Of a stretch of DNA of 64,000 nucleotides, positions 36,421 to 47,469 are shown piece after piece. The DNA lies in the NCBI GenBank assembly GCA_001600815.1, contig BCKZ01000005.1:619727-683726 (forward strand), in the 5' to 3' direction. Position numbers and translations under genes: made by a program. The DNA comes from Alloascoidea hylecoeti (lineage: Eukaryota). The number at the start of each line of letters is the position of its first letter. Positions within the stretch are counted from its first letter, which is position 1. The notes under the pieces were generated by a model that saw nothing but the letters and a program-made list of their open reading frames with translations, was not told the origin of the DNA and did not search any database.

Positions 36421-36756
36421 GTCGACGTACTTCAGTAAGTATCCACCCCCTACATTTTTAACAACCGATATGGATATGATTTTCGCTAACAAATTCTATA
36501 GTAGGATCATTTCTATAGTTTACGTCTCTCTTTGACTCTTCAAAAGAGCCATCGAATCCAACTTGGTTGATGATATATTTCCTTCATGCCCTAGAGTGAG
36601 AATTTTTTTTAGCTTGTCTAATCCTTTGTGGTTATGACATCTGAATTTTTCCTTTTTAGAACTTTGTTCTTCATAAAGGCGCGATGATCTCGGCCCTTTT
36701 CATGAGCCTCTTCGGAGGAGTTGATCTGGGTGGGTGTGAATGGTGGTCTGACAAGT
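36421..36756 (+). ncRNA. SNR17: U3 snoRNA with a 67-nt spliceosomal intron (36435-36501)
   Basis: Exon 1 GTCGACGTACTTCA, GTAAGT..CGCTAAC..TAG, exon 2 TAGGATCATTTCTATAG (box A), CTCTTTGACTCTTCAAAAGAGCC, C' TGATGA, box B AGAGTGAG, box C CGATGA, box D CTGA 36748 then CAAGT; all match yeast U3. Confidence 0.96.
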
Positions 36757-37017
36757 TTTATTCAATGGATTTTGGAGTTGTTTTTTGAATTGATGTTGCT
36801 TGGTTTGTCTAATTTAGTATATAATTAATTATAATAAACAAAATGCCTTTACTTTGTAACGAGTTAAAACAATGTAAAACTTTTTATTTGTATTTTCAGT
36901 ATACTTTGTAATTAATATACGGTACGACTAAATATAAAAATAATTATTATGTTACATTATATCCAATAAATTAAGGCCTGGTATTATTTATTTAGCCATA
37001 GATACTAATATATTTCC

Positions 37018-39012
37018 TTATGAATCGTTTAAGATATTTGATACTTTTCTAAAAGCATTCAACAAACTTCTATCTTCTTCACCATAATCACCTTTATAAT
37101 TTTCCAAATTTGAATTTAATTCCGCTTTATTTTCATCTTTATCATTATCATTATGGTTATTCAAATCTTTTTTACCACCACCTAATTTCCTATGACCAGT
37201 ATGTAATTTATCAATTAATGATTCAGTACTTATACCAAATACTCTTTGACTTAAATTTTTTGAAATGATTCGATCTAAATATGATGATTCATCAACATTT
37301 CTACCATCATTATTCCATTCAAGAAATAATTCTTCATCTGAATCATCTAATGGATTTAAGTTCTTAATTTTTTTCCAATTTTTTCTAATTGATCCAATTC
37401 TTTGACGATGAATTTTACCAATGGCAAGTCTCTTTTTTAATAATAAATCAATTACATCACGACATTTTTTCTCACGTAAAATAGCTGTTTTACGGGCATT
37501 TTGTTCAGATTTTGTGATTTTCTTCTTGGCAATTTTAATTGGAGATGGTGAACGAGAATTATCATCTGCATTTGAAAGGTTTAATGGCACTGTTCCGTTG
37601 TTATTATTGGATGCAGAAGATGAAGATGAGTTTGAATTAGACGCATGATTATTAGGATTTAAAGATGAAGAAGGTTGATTAGTTGGTGTTGGTGATAATA
37701 TACTAGCAGCTTCTAAATAGTTTTTCCGCTCTAAAGCCATAGCGCTACCAAAATCTTTTTCATCTTGTGTATCAATATTTTCCTTTAACATTTCTTCATC
37801 TGTTAATCTAATAAATGGTGGAGTTTTCAAACCATCTCCTCTACCAAAACCGAAAGGATTTTTTCTTAAACTTTCTGGTGATAAATCTGTTTCTAAATAA
37901 GACCATAATAACCAAAGGAAAACATTTGATCTACTTATTGAAGAGTATTCACTTGTCATTAAAATATCATAAAATTCTTCATCATTTAAAAAAAATTGAT
38001 TTTTAACTTCTTCTGAATAGGTTGATAATAAAAAAATTAGATTAATTGGATTTGTATGTGGTTTGAAAGAATTACTAATCATTTCATTAATTGTTGAAGG
38101 CTCTGGTCTATCATCACAAGCACCTTTTAATATTGATTTTAATCTTGGAGCATCTTGTAATTGTTTATAATCATTTTGATCAGATTGTCCTTGTAATGCA
38201 GGTATTGGATGATAGGTTCTTAATTGTGATCTCATTTCTGGAAAGAAATTTAAAGTTGTATTCATTCTTCCAATATTAACCAATATACAAACCATTGCAA
38301 TGTTTATACCAAATTTTTTATCACCTAATAATTTTTCACGTAAAACTTTTGAACATTTTGATGATCGAGCCATTGATTCGATATAAATTTCAGAAAATGT
38401 TTTTTTCGAACCAGTTGGATTTGAATAATCCGTGAAAACGGCAGAATCATTATTAAATAATAATGATAATAAATCATATTGAATATCTTTCCTCCATAAA
38501 GGTTCACCATCTTTTTTCTTTAAATGTCTAATTCTAGAATTAAATAACAATGTCTGATATGTTCTATTCTGGGTTTTTTTATCTTTTGAAGAAGCATGCT
38601 TTTTAGAAGCATGACCATGTTTTGAAGAAGATGAAGCAGGCGTTGACATAGACTTACGCTTTCGTAACGATGGTCGTAAATTAGAAGCTGAAGATGGTGA
38701 AGGAGTATTATATACAGGTTGAGCGATGGAATTGGTTACAAGTGACATAGTCGATTGCGCTGTGATTGGAGTGTCCACGGAAGGAGGAGGTGCAAATGGG
38801 CCTTGTGGAGGGATTGGAGCCATATACCGGCTATCATTGGGACTTGAAAGACGTTCATTTTGTGGAGAACTTTCATCAGAAATATGCGAAGAATCCATCA
38901 GAATATCAGAATCCGCATGATTATTAGAGTATGGGTTTGTGTGGAAACTATCCTCTGGAGAAGTATTAGTTGCTTCGTGAACTGGATCGTACCGCATTTT
39001 ATAATTATCCAT
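37018..39012 (-). CDS. IES1: INO80 complex subunit Ies1
   Basis: IRHLKKKDGEPLWRKDIQYD, NIGRMNTTLNFFPEMRSQLRTYHPIPALQ, KQLQDAPRLKSILK. Confidence 0.9.
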   Translation of the reverse strand: MDNYKMRYDPVHEATNTSPEDSFHTNPYSNNHADSDILMDSSHISDESSPQNERLSSPNDSRYMAPIPPQGPFAPPPSVDTPITAQSTMSLVTNSIAQPVYNTPSPSSASNLRPSLRKRKSMSTPASSSSKHGHASKKHASSKDKKTQNRTYQTLLFNSRIRHLKKKDGEPLWRKDIQYDLLSLLFNNDSAVFTDYSNPTGSKKTFSEIYIESMARSSKCSKVLREKLLGDKKFGINIAMVCILVNIGRMNTTLNFFPEMRSQLRTYHPIPALQGQSDQNDYKQLQDAPRLKSILKGACDDRPEPSTINEMISNSFKPHTNPINLIFLLSTYSEEVKNQFFLNDEEFYDILMTSEYSSISRSNVFLWLLWSYLETDLSPESLRKNPFGFGRGDGLKTPPFIRLTDEEMLKENIDTQDEKDFGSAMALERKNYLEAASILSPTPTNQPSSSLNPNNHASNSNSSSSSASNNNNGTVPLNLSNADDNSRSPSPIKIAKKKITKSEQNARKTAILREKKCRDVIDLLLKKRLAIGKIHRQRIGSIRKNWKKIKNLNPLDDSDEELFLEWNNDGRNVDESSYLDRIISKNLSQRVFGISTESLIDKLHTGHRKLGGGKKDLNNHNDNDKDENKAELNSNLENYKGDYGEEDRSLLNAFRKVSNILNDS

Positions 39013-39392
39013 ATTGATATTAGTATTGCAGATGGTTTAGTTCCAGAAGTGTTGAATAATTGGTTCAAGTCAGGGTAATTCCGATCGAAGCGAACATTAC
39101 TTGGATAAGCCGATAAGCCGCTCTACAGACAAGCGAAAGGTCGGCCATGCTGGACTACTAACTGTAATTATATTTAGAGCTATGATAAAATACTGATTGC
39201 ATATAGTTGTCATTTTCCCCTTCACTACTGGAAGTTGAAGCTTATGTATTTCCCAAGAAACCACAGTGCTACTATTTATGGTTCCCTAAATCAAGACTCT
39301 ACTGCTGATGGTTGAACACTTTTCAAAAATTTCTAAAAAATCGAAAAATAAATAAAGAAATATAAACATACTTGCAACTTATAGGTAAGCAT

Positions 39393-39930
39393 TTAACATA
39401 TCATCAAGTGGAGCGAGGTAGTAGTGCTTTTAGGGGCTCTATTATAGCAACTCTTCTCGTAGCTCCACTTATAGGTTATTCTAGCCTTTAAATCTGCTAA
39501 GAATCGTGACACTAGTCGTACTATATAGTAAGATGATAGTCCGATTAAAGCGTGGTTCTTCTCTGACAAGTGGGACACAAGCTCCTTTTATAGTCGTGAG
39601 ATGGCCACATACTTAAGATTCATGATATTCTATAAGAGATGGAAGTTTCGAGAAGATATGTGATCGACAGTTGCCATATCAGGCCGAATATGTAACAGCC
39701 TTGAAGTTGTTTTTATTTTCTCAATCATATCCTTTATTGGAACTTCCATAATACGAGATGCAATTGAAACAATTGTCGATAAGCAAGGAAAGCTCCTCCC
39801 AAAAGCTCTACCATTTTTGCAGGTAAATTACTGATCAGATTGTAATATGATAAGTGAGTAAAGTTCCTCTTATGCATCTTTTCCTCCTCCATAGGTTGGG
39901 TGTCTTAGCTGCTTCATCCTTTTCACCTGA
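39393..39930 (-). mobile_element. Decayed Ty1/copia RT C-terminus / RNase H fragment
   Basis: In order on the minus strand: AAKT/PMEE, LLHIRPDMATV..SSR (cf. TRPDIAxAVxxLSR), KWSYEK...APKSTT (cf. WxSKKQxxVAxSTTE); interrupted by stops. Confidence 0.45.
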
Positions 39931-40751
39931 CATCACACACTTTCTGATTAATTACAAGTTTTTTTCATGGATAGCTTTATCGAGTGGTAATTCACTTTCT
40001 TAGCTTTTATTATTCTCATCCAGAATGCTTTCTTTATCTGTAGCTTGTTAAGGACAACAGTCGTATGTAGTGGTATATCTAAACCATATGTGATATTTTT
40101 TTTACTTGAGGCTGATTTCTTACTCTTCTACATAAACCAGTAAAATAGTCCTTCTGTAATTTATATGATACAGTGTATCTATTTAGACCCATGTAAAATG
40201 GAATTAAAACGCGTCTATATATATTCATCAACGATCAAAAGTGATTGTGACCTCAGTTTGGCTTCATCTTCATGTAAAGCTGACAGCTCTTGGTTTGCTT
40301 TATTAAATTCCTTGAATTTCTATTTAAGCTATTCCTTAGGAAATATCCGAGAATGACGAAGTCTTACGCGATCTTGCTACCGAGATACTTTAGCGTTCAA
40401 CTGCGCGTAAACAATGATGTTATGGAATCTCAACAATTAATTATCCCTCTCATGCCTTTGAATTAAGGTTTCTTTTAACATGTGCCTGCCAGGAGTTCAA
40501 AAGAAAGTAAGTTTTATGCGTCGTAGTTTTATTTTCCGTTCGAAACTTCCACATAATACTCGGTTGATGGCCTATGCTTTTACTTACTTCTCAATATTTT
40601 CATCTACTCTATCAAGTTGATTAACTCATTAATACTACTTATTTATTAAATTATTATTATATACCCATATATTATACTCATTAAAATCAATCTAAAATAC
40701 AATTATTATATATATTACAAAATATTAATTTCCCCCATTTAAATTTCCACA

Positions 40752-42422
40752 CTACGTAGAAGAAGGATTTCTTTTCATTCTCAAACTATCTCGCTTTCTT
40801 TGGCTTGTAATATCACCTCTAAATAACGGATCTTCCTCATTATACACTCTCTCCATTTCGGAATCTAACACCATGGTGGTATTGTTACTTCTTGTTGTAG
40901 AAGTTCTTGGATTTTCAATTGCGATAGCCGATGATGTGCTGGGACTGGTTTCTAAATTTGAACTTATTTGCCCATGGACTGGGGCACCAAATACATATGG
41001 TGAGTATAACCCTTCATTTTGCATTGAAGATCGAGGTATTGGTCGATGTTCAAATGTAAAATATTCCTCTGCATCCATCATTTCAACATCTTCATTATTT
41101 GTTGCAGCCACATTTTCATTCCAATTTCTAATTTGTTGTACACTTTGGTATTGACTGCTATTATTATAGCCATTGTCATTTTTAGAAAAACTATGTCTTA
41201 ATGGAGATTGAGCTGTAGTTTGATTAGGAAATGTCGATTGTTCAAGCCCATTGGTTCTACTATTTCCATAGGGTAGCATAATTCCTGGTGAACCTGGAGA
41301 TGCAAGCCCACCAAAAGTAATTGTGGCATTATAACTAACATTATTCCAACTATTACTCATTGTGCTCGTTATTTGATTCAGACGATTAATCACTGGATGG
41401 AATGGAAATAGGCCTGAATCTTCTGAAGCACTGGTTAAAGGAGGTAAATTCCGATTTGATGAATATTTTCTTAATCTTTTAGGAAATCTACCAAACCTTA
41501 ACCAAGATAATTGTCTTTGTTCAGCGTTAAGAAATGCTGGCTGTTGATTACTTGTCGTAGAGTCTCGTCTATTAATATTTGGATTTGAATTATTATTAGT
41601 CCTTGTGTTTGAATTAGAATTCTCATGAGCACCATTTATTTGGTGTTGACGAGCAACTTCTTCATCGTAACATAATTCCCTTAATCGTCTTCTAACAGAT
41701 GCAAGAATAGCATATTTATTTAAACTATTGATTTTAGTATTTTCTTCCGATTCGCCCTTTTTCCTTATTGATATACCTTCTTTTGATGCCCTTTTCATGG
41801 CATCCTTTGCAACTCTACCGACCACACCAGCTGGAGGGATCCTGCCAGTAAACGGAGTAAGCGTTGGGTTTGAAGTATGTGAATAATACATTGATAATAA
41901 TAATGAATCAAAAGAAGATGTGAATTGTATAAGAGTGGGTGGTTTAGCAAGTTTAACAGATGATGATACATCATTACTAGAACCCGAGTTAATTATACTA
42001 TTACTTGTATAAATTGTTGATCTAAAGGATGTTTGAATTGGACTAGAATCACCCATTGTTTCATCTTCACTCAAATTAAAAGTACTAACAGTAGAGTTGT
42101 TTCTATTTGTATAGATACCTCTATAATTAGAGTTAAGATTAGTTGTCATTTGACCTATTGGTGTGATTGGGGTTCTTGGACGAGTACTCTCATTATTAAC
42201 TGTAGCGCTGCTGATATGACCATTGACAGATGTATTGTTAAAGTTTAGAGTTAAACAAGTTTGGGAATTGAATGGTGTATAACCCAATTCCTTACCTTTG
42301 CCATTGGAGTTTTCAATTGGATTGATACCCATATTGGAACCGGAAGATTCGTGTTGAAGATCAAAGTAGTCATCTGTATCAATATCAGGCAATTCCTTAG
42401 TGCTGGTAAAATTTCTCGACAT
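40752..42422 (-). CDS. Low-complexity fungal protein of unknown function (possibly YBL029W-like)
   Basis: 556-aa ORF; conserved-looking block SFDSLLLSMY...PTLTPF...PPAGVVGRVAK and C-terminal RKRDSLRMKR. Family assignment is from memory only. Confidence 0.65.
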   Translation of the reverse strand: MSRNFTSTKELPDIDTDDYFDLQHESSGSNMGINPIENSNGKGKELGYTPFNSQTCLTLNFNNTSVNGHISSATVNNESTRPRTPITPIGQMTTNLNSNYRGIYTNRNNSTVSTFNLSEDETMGDSSPIQTSFRSTIYTSNSIINSGSSNDVSSSVKLAKPPTLIQFTSSFDSLLLSMYYSHTSNPTLTPFTGRIPPAGVVGRVAKDAMKRASKEGISIRKKGESEENTKINSLNKYAILASVRRRLRELCYDEEVARQHQINGAHENSNSNTRTNNNSNPNINRRDSTTSNQQPAFLNAEQRQLSWLRFGRFPKRLRKYSSNRNLPPLTSASEDSGLFPFHPVINRLNQITSTMSNSWNNVSYNATITFGGLASPGSPGIMLPYGNSRTNGLEQSTFPNQTTAQSPLRHSFSKNDNGYNNSSQYQSVQQIRNWNENVAATNNEDVEMMDAEEYFTFEHRPIPRSSMQNEGLYSPYVFGAPVHGQISSNLETSPSTSSAIAIENPRTSTTRSNNTTMVLDSEMERVYNEEDPLFRGDITSQRKRDSLRMKRNPSST

Positions 42423-44535
42423 AGCTTTTAATTGTAAGATAAGTAATTAATAATGTTGGAATTAAGATTTATGCGCAGTAAATCTTAATATGGGCGATAT
42501 AGTAAAATTCTGATTCCTAGATATGAAGTTTGAAAGGATAAGTAGAGAAAAGGAATTTGGAAAAAGATGGGAAAATAGATCTATTTTATATCTGTAACAA
42601 AATAAAAACTAGATTTAACTCAAGGATATATATCTATATGTTTTCATTCGATTATAGTTAAGCTAATACATGTGTTATACCAGCCGATCGGTACGGTCCT
42701 AGTTTAGTTTAGCATCATAAAAGTTTAACAATAATCGGGTCCTGCCCACCTCATCGTCCACTTTACTTGTTTGAGTAATGGTCCTTTTCTGGAAGCGCGT
42801 CTAAGTTTTGGTTTTTTCATTTATTAAAACCTATTTTTTCTTACCCCTTCGAAATATTTCATAATCGATGGTTATTAAGTGAGTCAAAAACATTTGTATA
42901 TTATAAGTATAACAGCCGTAGAATGAGATTTTAGATTTATATGATTTCCCCTTCAACGTACTATAATAAAAAGCTGATTATACGTAATAGAACATTAGAA
43001 TTCGATGATAGGTTGATCTCTATCAAGAGTTTGAATTTACAACTACTGATTAAATAAAATGCTTATTGTAGATCAATTGGCGTCATGTATATTAATTAAT
43101 ATTATAGTTAATGAATTATTAATTGTCGTTTTTAAATACCTTAAATTTAAATTTTAATCCTATTATTAGAAGATAAAAATATGTATAACAGTAAGCAAAT
43201 TAATAAAAATCCCTATATATAAAAAAGGCTCAATTTGTTTAAATTTTTTCTATATTTAACCATAATATAAATATTCTTCCCTACGCTTTGTATATTATAA
43301 ATTATCATTGATTGCTCTTCATAAACTTTAGAAGTTAAACTAAAATGAAATACAATATCAAATTCTAGCAAACATATTGTAAATTTAAAATACTACAGCT
43401 GGAATTCGAATGAAATTATCCAGATGAAAGAGATTCAAACAATTATGATTCCATATCAGCAGCGCTGCATAACTTTCCATACATTAACAGACACAATATG
43501 GGTACTTCAAAGTTTGAGCTTATTCAGATGTGCTATAATATTTATATAATGAGAACAAATACAGAGATACTGATATCATGAGTTCAGGATAAAGTCAGCG
43601 CTGTTCTATGATTTAAGATATTACTGACACCAAAGTTTTCACACTTCTTAGAATTGTATATAATTATGTATATAAAATTGCTCTACAATTATATTCAATG
43701 TGGTATAATTGATCGCGATATACCTTTTATGTTGTAATTGATACTTTAACACATGCATGAAACTACTGCATATAGACTCACAACTGTAAAATCTTAAAGA
43801 TTTATATCAACGAATCATAATTAGAGAATGATATTCAAGATTCCAAATTAGGACATATTCAGTCGACAATGTGCGAGGTAGTGCGCCATTATAACAGATA
43901 GCATGATGTCAATTGGACAGCTTCATTTCTAATCATAAATTTAAAATATATGATTTCGAGAAAGAAGAGAAGTTCTTCTAATATTGTTATCTGCATGGAA
44001 GAATATCGGTGTTGCTGTTCCAAATTCTTATTCAATTTCCTAATTAATTTTATTTTATTCTATTTACATATTAATTTGGAAATGGTTTTATTCCCATATT
44101 TAGAATTTAATTCTATTTGACAATTAATTTGGAAATTATATTAGGAACATAATATTATTTGGAACATTAATGTTTTTTTAAGCATGAAATCCATCTTAAT
44201 ACTAAATTTATAATTATATATATATCGATATCTCTGTGACGCTTTTCTACGCGTCCCCTTTCAAAATTCAAGTTGCAATTGCTATATTTAGAAACACTTT
44301 AAACTAATCCTAATCTTATGCAATTTCTCTTATCAGATTAGATGCGTAAATTCGCAATTGTTGGATTTTACATTATTTAGCATTATAATTATAAGATATT
44401 TAATCATAAATTCGATTCGCGAGATATATAGCTAAAATAACTATTTCAAGTATAAAATATTTTATATGAAGATAATAACAAAATATGGTTTCTGACAAGC
44501 GTCCAAAATTAGATATTTTCATATATGCAATGCCC

Positions 44536-47322
44536 TTAATTTCTCTTTGCATATGAATACATATCCATGTTGAAAGCAGAAGGATTATTATAAGACGGAA
44601 TTCCAGATTGTTGAGGTGGTGGATTTCCAGAAACCTTTGGTGGTAAAGGTGGCATATTTGAGGGAGGTTGTTGCTCATTGTAACTTGGTTGTGGTCGAAA
44701 TTGATTATATGAGGCATCATAAGATGGCCTCTTAGGCGGTAGAGCCGGTTGTTGATTTGATATTGAATAAGCTGGCTGTTGGGGCATTTGATAATTTAAT
44801 TGTTGTTGCTGTTGTGGTTGTTGTGGTTGTTGTAGGTTATATGAATACGTTGGTTGTTGAGGGGCATAATAAGTATTTGATGATAATTGAGAACTAGTAG
44901 ATTCGTGCCTATTTGGTCTTGGAATTGATCCATATGAACTACTTGGAGGTCCTTCAATAGGGTTAGAAGATGGACTGTTGAATGATGAACTGGCAAAAGA
45001 TGATTGTCTTTGCGGTTGTAAAGCAGTTGTTCCAGAATTAAAATTTAAAGAAGCAAATCTATCAGCTAAATCCCTTGATTGATTGACATTACTATTGTTA
45101 TTATTATTGTTCTGAGAATTTTCGATTTTCTCTTTTAACGATTGAGTTTCTTTTTTTCTTTGAGATACAAAACTATCCACATTGGATTCTAATTGTCTCA
45201 CTAAAGAATTTAATTCCTCATAAAATGTCAGACCCTTTTGATAAGCGTCTTTAGCTGCCACCCAATTCTTGAATGCACTTTCAAATCTTTGAATAGTTCT
45301 CTCATGTTGAGAATTTTGTTGTTTTGCCTGTTGTTGTCTGCTTTTTATAGTTTTATCATTTAAAACTATATTCCAAGTGTTTTTTAAATCAGTTAATGTT
45401 GTATTTTGTTTTCTTATACAATCAGATAAACGAGACTGATATGGTTTAAATTTAGCTAATTCATTTTCAAATAATGTACCATTAACATCAGGATTTTTTT
45501 TGTTTAAAATTAATAATGATGAAATATCATCTTTATGGACTTGTTGTTTTAATTCTTCATAAACATTTTGTCTTTCTTTCTTAATTTGATTAAGTTTAGA
45601 TAATAAAGAAACAGTTAATGTCAATTTTTCTCTTGTTGTTTCAATTGATGATGTATCTAAGTCTAATAATGATACTTCATTTATATTTCCTTGAGATTGA
45701 GATGCATCTTCTAATTCAAACATCTTTTGTAATTCCAAACTATCGGCACCTTTAGTTAATAAATAGATTTCAGGTTCATATTCCTTTATAAGTTTAGAAA
45801 CTTCATAATCTGAATCTAGAGCATCTGCCAAAGATTGTTTTGCTCTTCGAATTTCAGCATATATTCCAGCATTTTGAAAATCTGAGGCATATTGAGTCCA
45901 AGAATTTCCAAATTTGGACTTGTTTTCATTATATTCTGATTCCTCTGTAGAAAGTTTAGTTTCCAATTGTCGTAATTCATCTCTAATCTGTGTGCTTTGT
46001 GATTGAAGTCTCGAAATATCAATTTTTGGGACCGATGATACTTCAGCAGCATAAGAATTAACACTAGCATCCACAGAACCATTATCATAACCTTTAAAAC
46101 CTGATGAATGTGAAGCATTCAAATATTGTTTAAATTCACTAACTTTTTGTGGTAATTTTAAAAAATCCAATTCACTTGCTAATTCTTGATCAGCAATTTC
46201 AACTTTTGCACCTTCTTTTCTAATTAATTTAGCCTGTTCTTCAGAGTAGACTGATGATTTTTCTAAAATATCTAATGGTATTAAATTTTCAAATAAATCA
46301 GCTCCAACAATTCTAGAAATATCTTGATCTTTTATACCAGTTGGTTTTGCAGTTTCAACACCTGAAATAGTTGCCAAAGCAGAAGTCTGGGGAACTAATT
46401 GATGATAAATATATGTATTATCTTTATCTAATTCAGTTGACATATGCTGTAACGACTCATCTAATTCTTTTAAAATATCATGTAAAGAAGAACTAGCTTC
46501 ATTCTTTGCAAGTTTAAGGTTTGTTGAAGCCTGTGTACAATAAGCAATAGCTTCCCCGGGTTTACTTTCTGTTAAGTGAATGGCTTGAAATTTATTAGCT
46601 AAAGCAGTATAATAATGTGATTTTGCCAATGAGGCTTGATCCCAATCAAAATCCCGCCAAGGAGTATTAGTCAATAATTCAGCAGCTTGATTAAATAACT
46701 TGGCTGCCCCAATTGCCAACTTTGCAGCCAGTGAGTATTGTTTTTTAGTTATATTTTCCAACAAATTAACTAAGAACATTTCCTGTGCTTGAGCTAACAT
46801 AAATCTAGATATTGCAGAGACCGATTCTTGATTCAAGTCATCACTCGGTGCATACAAGAAATTTTCAGCAATAAAAGCAAATATTCCAGCAGATGATTGA
46901 AAACTAGCATAAGCCACTTTAATACTATCAGTTTTACAACCAATATGACTATAAATTGCCCCCAAATTAAATAAAACATTCGCTTTTTCAAATGCAACGG
47001 ATTGTTGAGTAGAGAACTCACCAGATAAACAATCAGACCAAGTAAATGTCATTTTAACATAATGAGCATTTGATTCATTTACTCCCAATGGTATTCTTAA
47101 GTCCAATAATTCCAACTGTCCATAATATCTGTATAATAAATCACGGCCCGTTTCATCTTTCCCTGCTCCCCTCATATCCTGTCTAAGTTTATCAAATAGT
47201 GTGATCTGATTATCAAAATCATGATAAGACCCATATATTTGGGAAATATAGGATCTTAATGGATGCTTCCAATCAGATTCATGCGTTACTTTTAATGGAA
47301 TTGAAATCAAAGGTGTTTTCAT
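44536..47322 (-). CDS. BRO1: ESCRT-associated Bro1 (Bro1 domain, V domain, Pro-rich tail)
   Basis: MKTPLISIPLK, RDLLYRYYGQLELLDLR, FEKANVLFN, DKDNTYIYHQ; C-terminal PPLPPK and PSAFNMDMY. Confidence 0.93.
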   Translation of the reverse strand: MKTPLISIPLKVTHESDWKHPLRSYISQIYGSYHDFDNQITLFDKLRQDMRGAGKDETGRDLLYRYYGQLELLDLRIPLGVNESNAHYVKMTFTWSDCLSGEFSTQQSVAFEKANVLFNLGAIYSHIGCKTDSIKVAYASFQSSAGIFAFIAENFLYAPSDDLNQESVSAISRFMLAQAQEMFLVNLLENITKKQYSLAAKLAIGAAKLFNQAAELLTNTPWRDFDWDQASLAKSHYYTALANKFQAIHLTESKPGEAIAYCTQASTNLKLAKNEASSSLHDILKELDESLQHMSTELDKDNTYIYHQLVPQTSALATISGVETAKPTGIKDQDISRIVGADLFENLIPLDILEKSSVYSEEQAKLIRKEGAKVEIADQELASELDFLKLPQKVSEFKQYLNASHSSGFKGYDNGSVDASVNSYAAEVSSVPKIDISRLQSQSTQIRDELRQLETKLSTEESEYNENKSKFGNSWTQYASDFQNAGIYAEIRRAKQSLADALDSDYEVSKLIKEYEPEIYLLTKGADSLELQKMFELEDASQSQGNINEVSLLDLDTSSIETTREKLTLTVSLLSKLNQIKKERQNVYEELKQQVHKDDISSLLILNKKNPDVNGTLFENELAKFKPYQSRLSDCIRKQNTTLTDLKNTWNIVLNDKTIKSRQQQAKQQNSQHERTIQRFESAFKNWVAAKDAYQKGLTFYEELNSLVRQLESNVDSFVSQRKKETQSLKEKIENSQNNNNNNSNVNQSRDLADRFASLNFNSGTTALQPQRQSSFASSSFNSPSSNPIEGPPSSSYGSIPRPNRHESTSSQLSSNTYYAPQQPTYSYNLQQPQQPQQQQQLNYQMPQQPAYSISNQQPALPPKRPSYDASYNQFRPQPSYNEQQPPSNMPPLPPKVSGNPPPQQSGIPSYNNPSAFNMDMYSYAKRN

Positions 47323-47469
47323 TGGAAATTGAATAAAATGATGAGTGGCACAAATATTTGATTATAAAGGACCCGGGGAACATAAATACATTAGGAGGAA
47401 CATCCATACATCAACCACTTTGTGTTTGTGTTTGATGTTTTATGCCAAAACTCCACAATTGATACAAAA

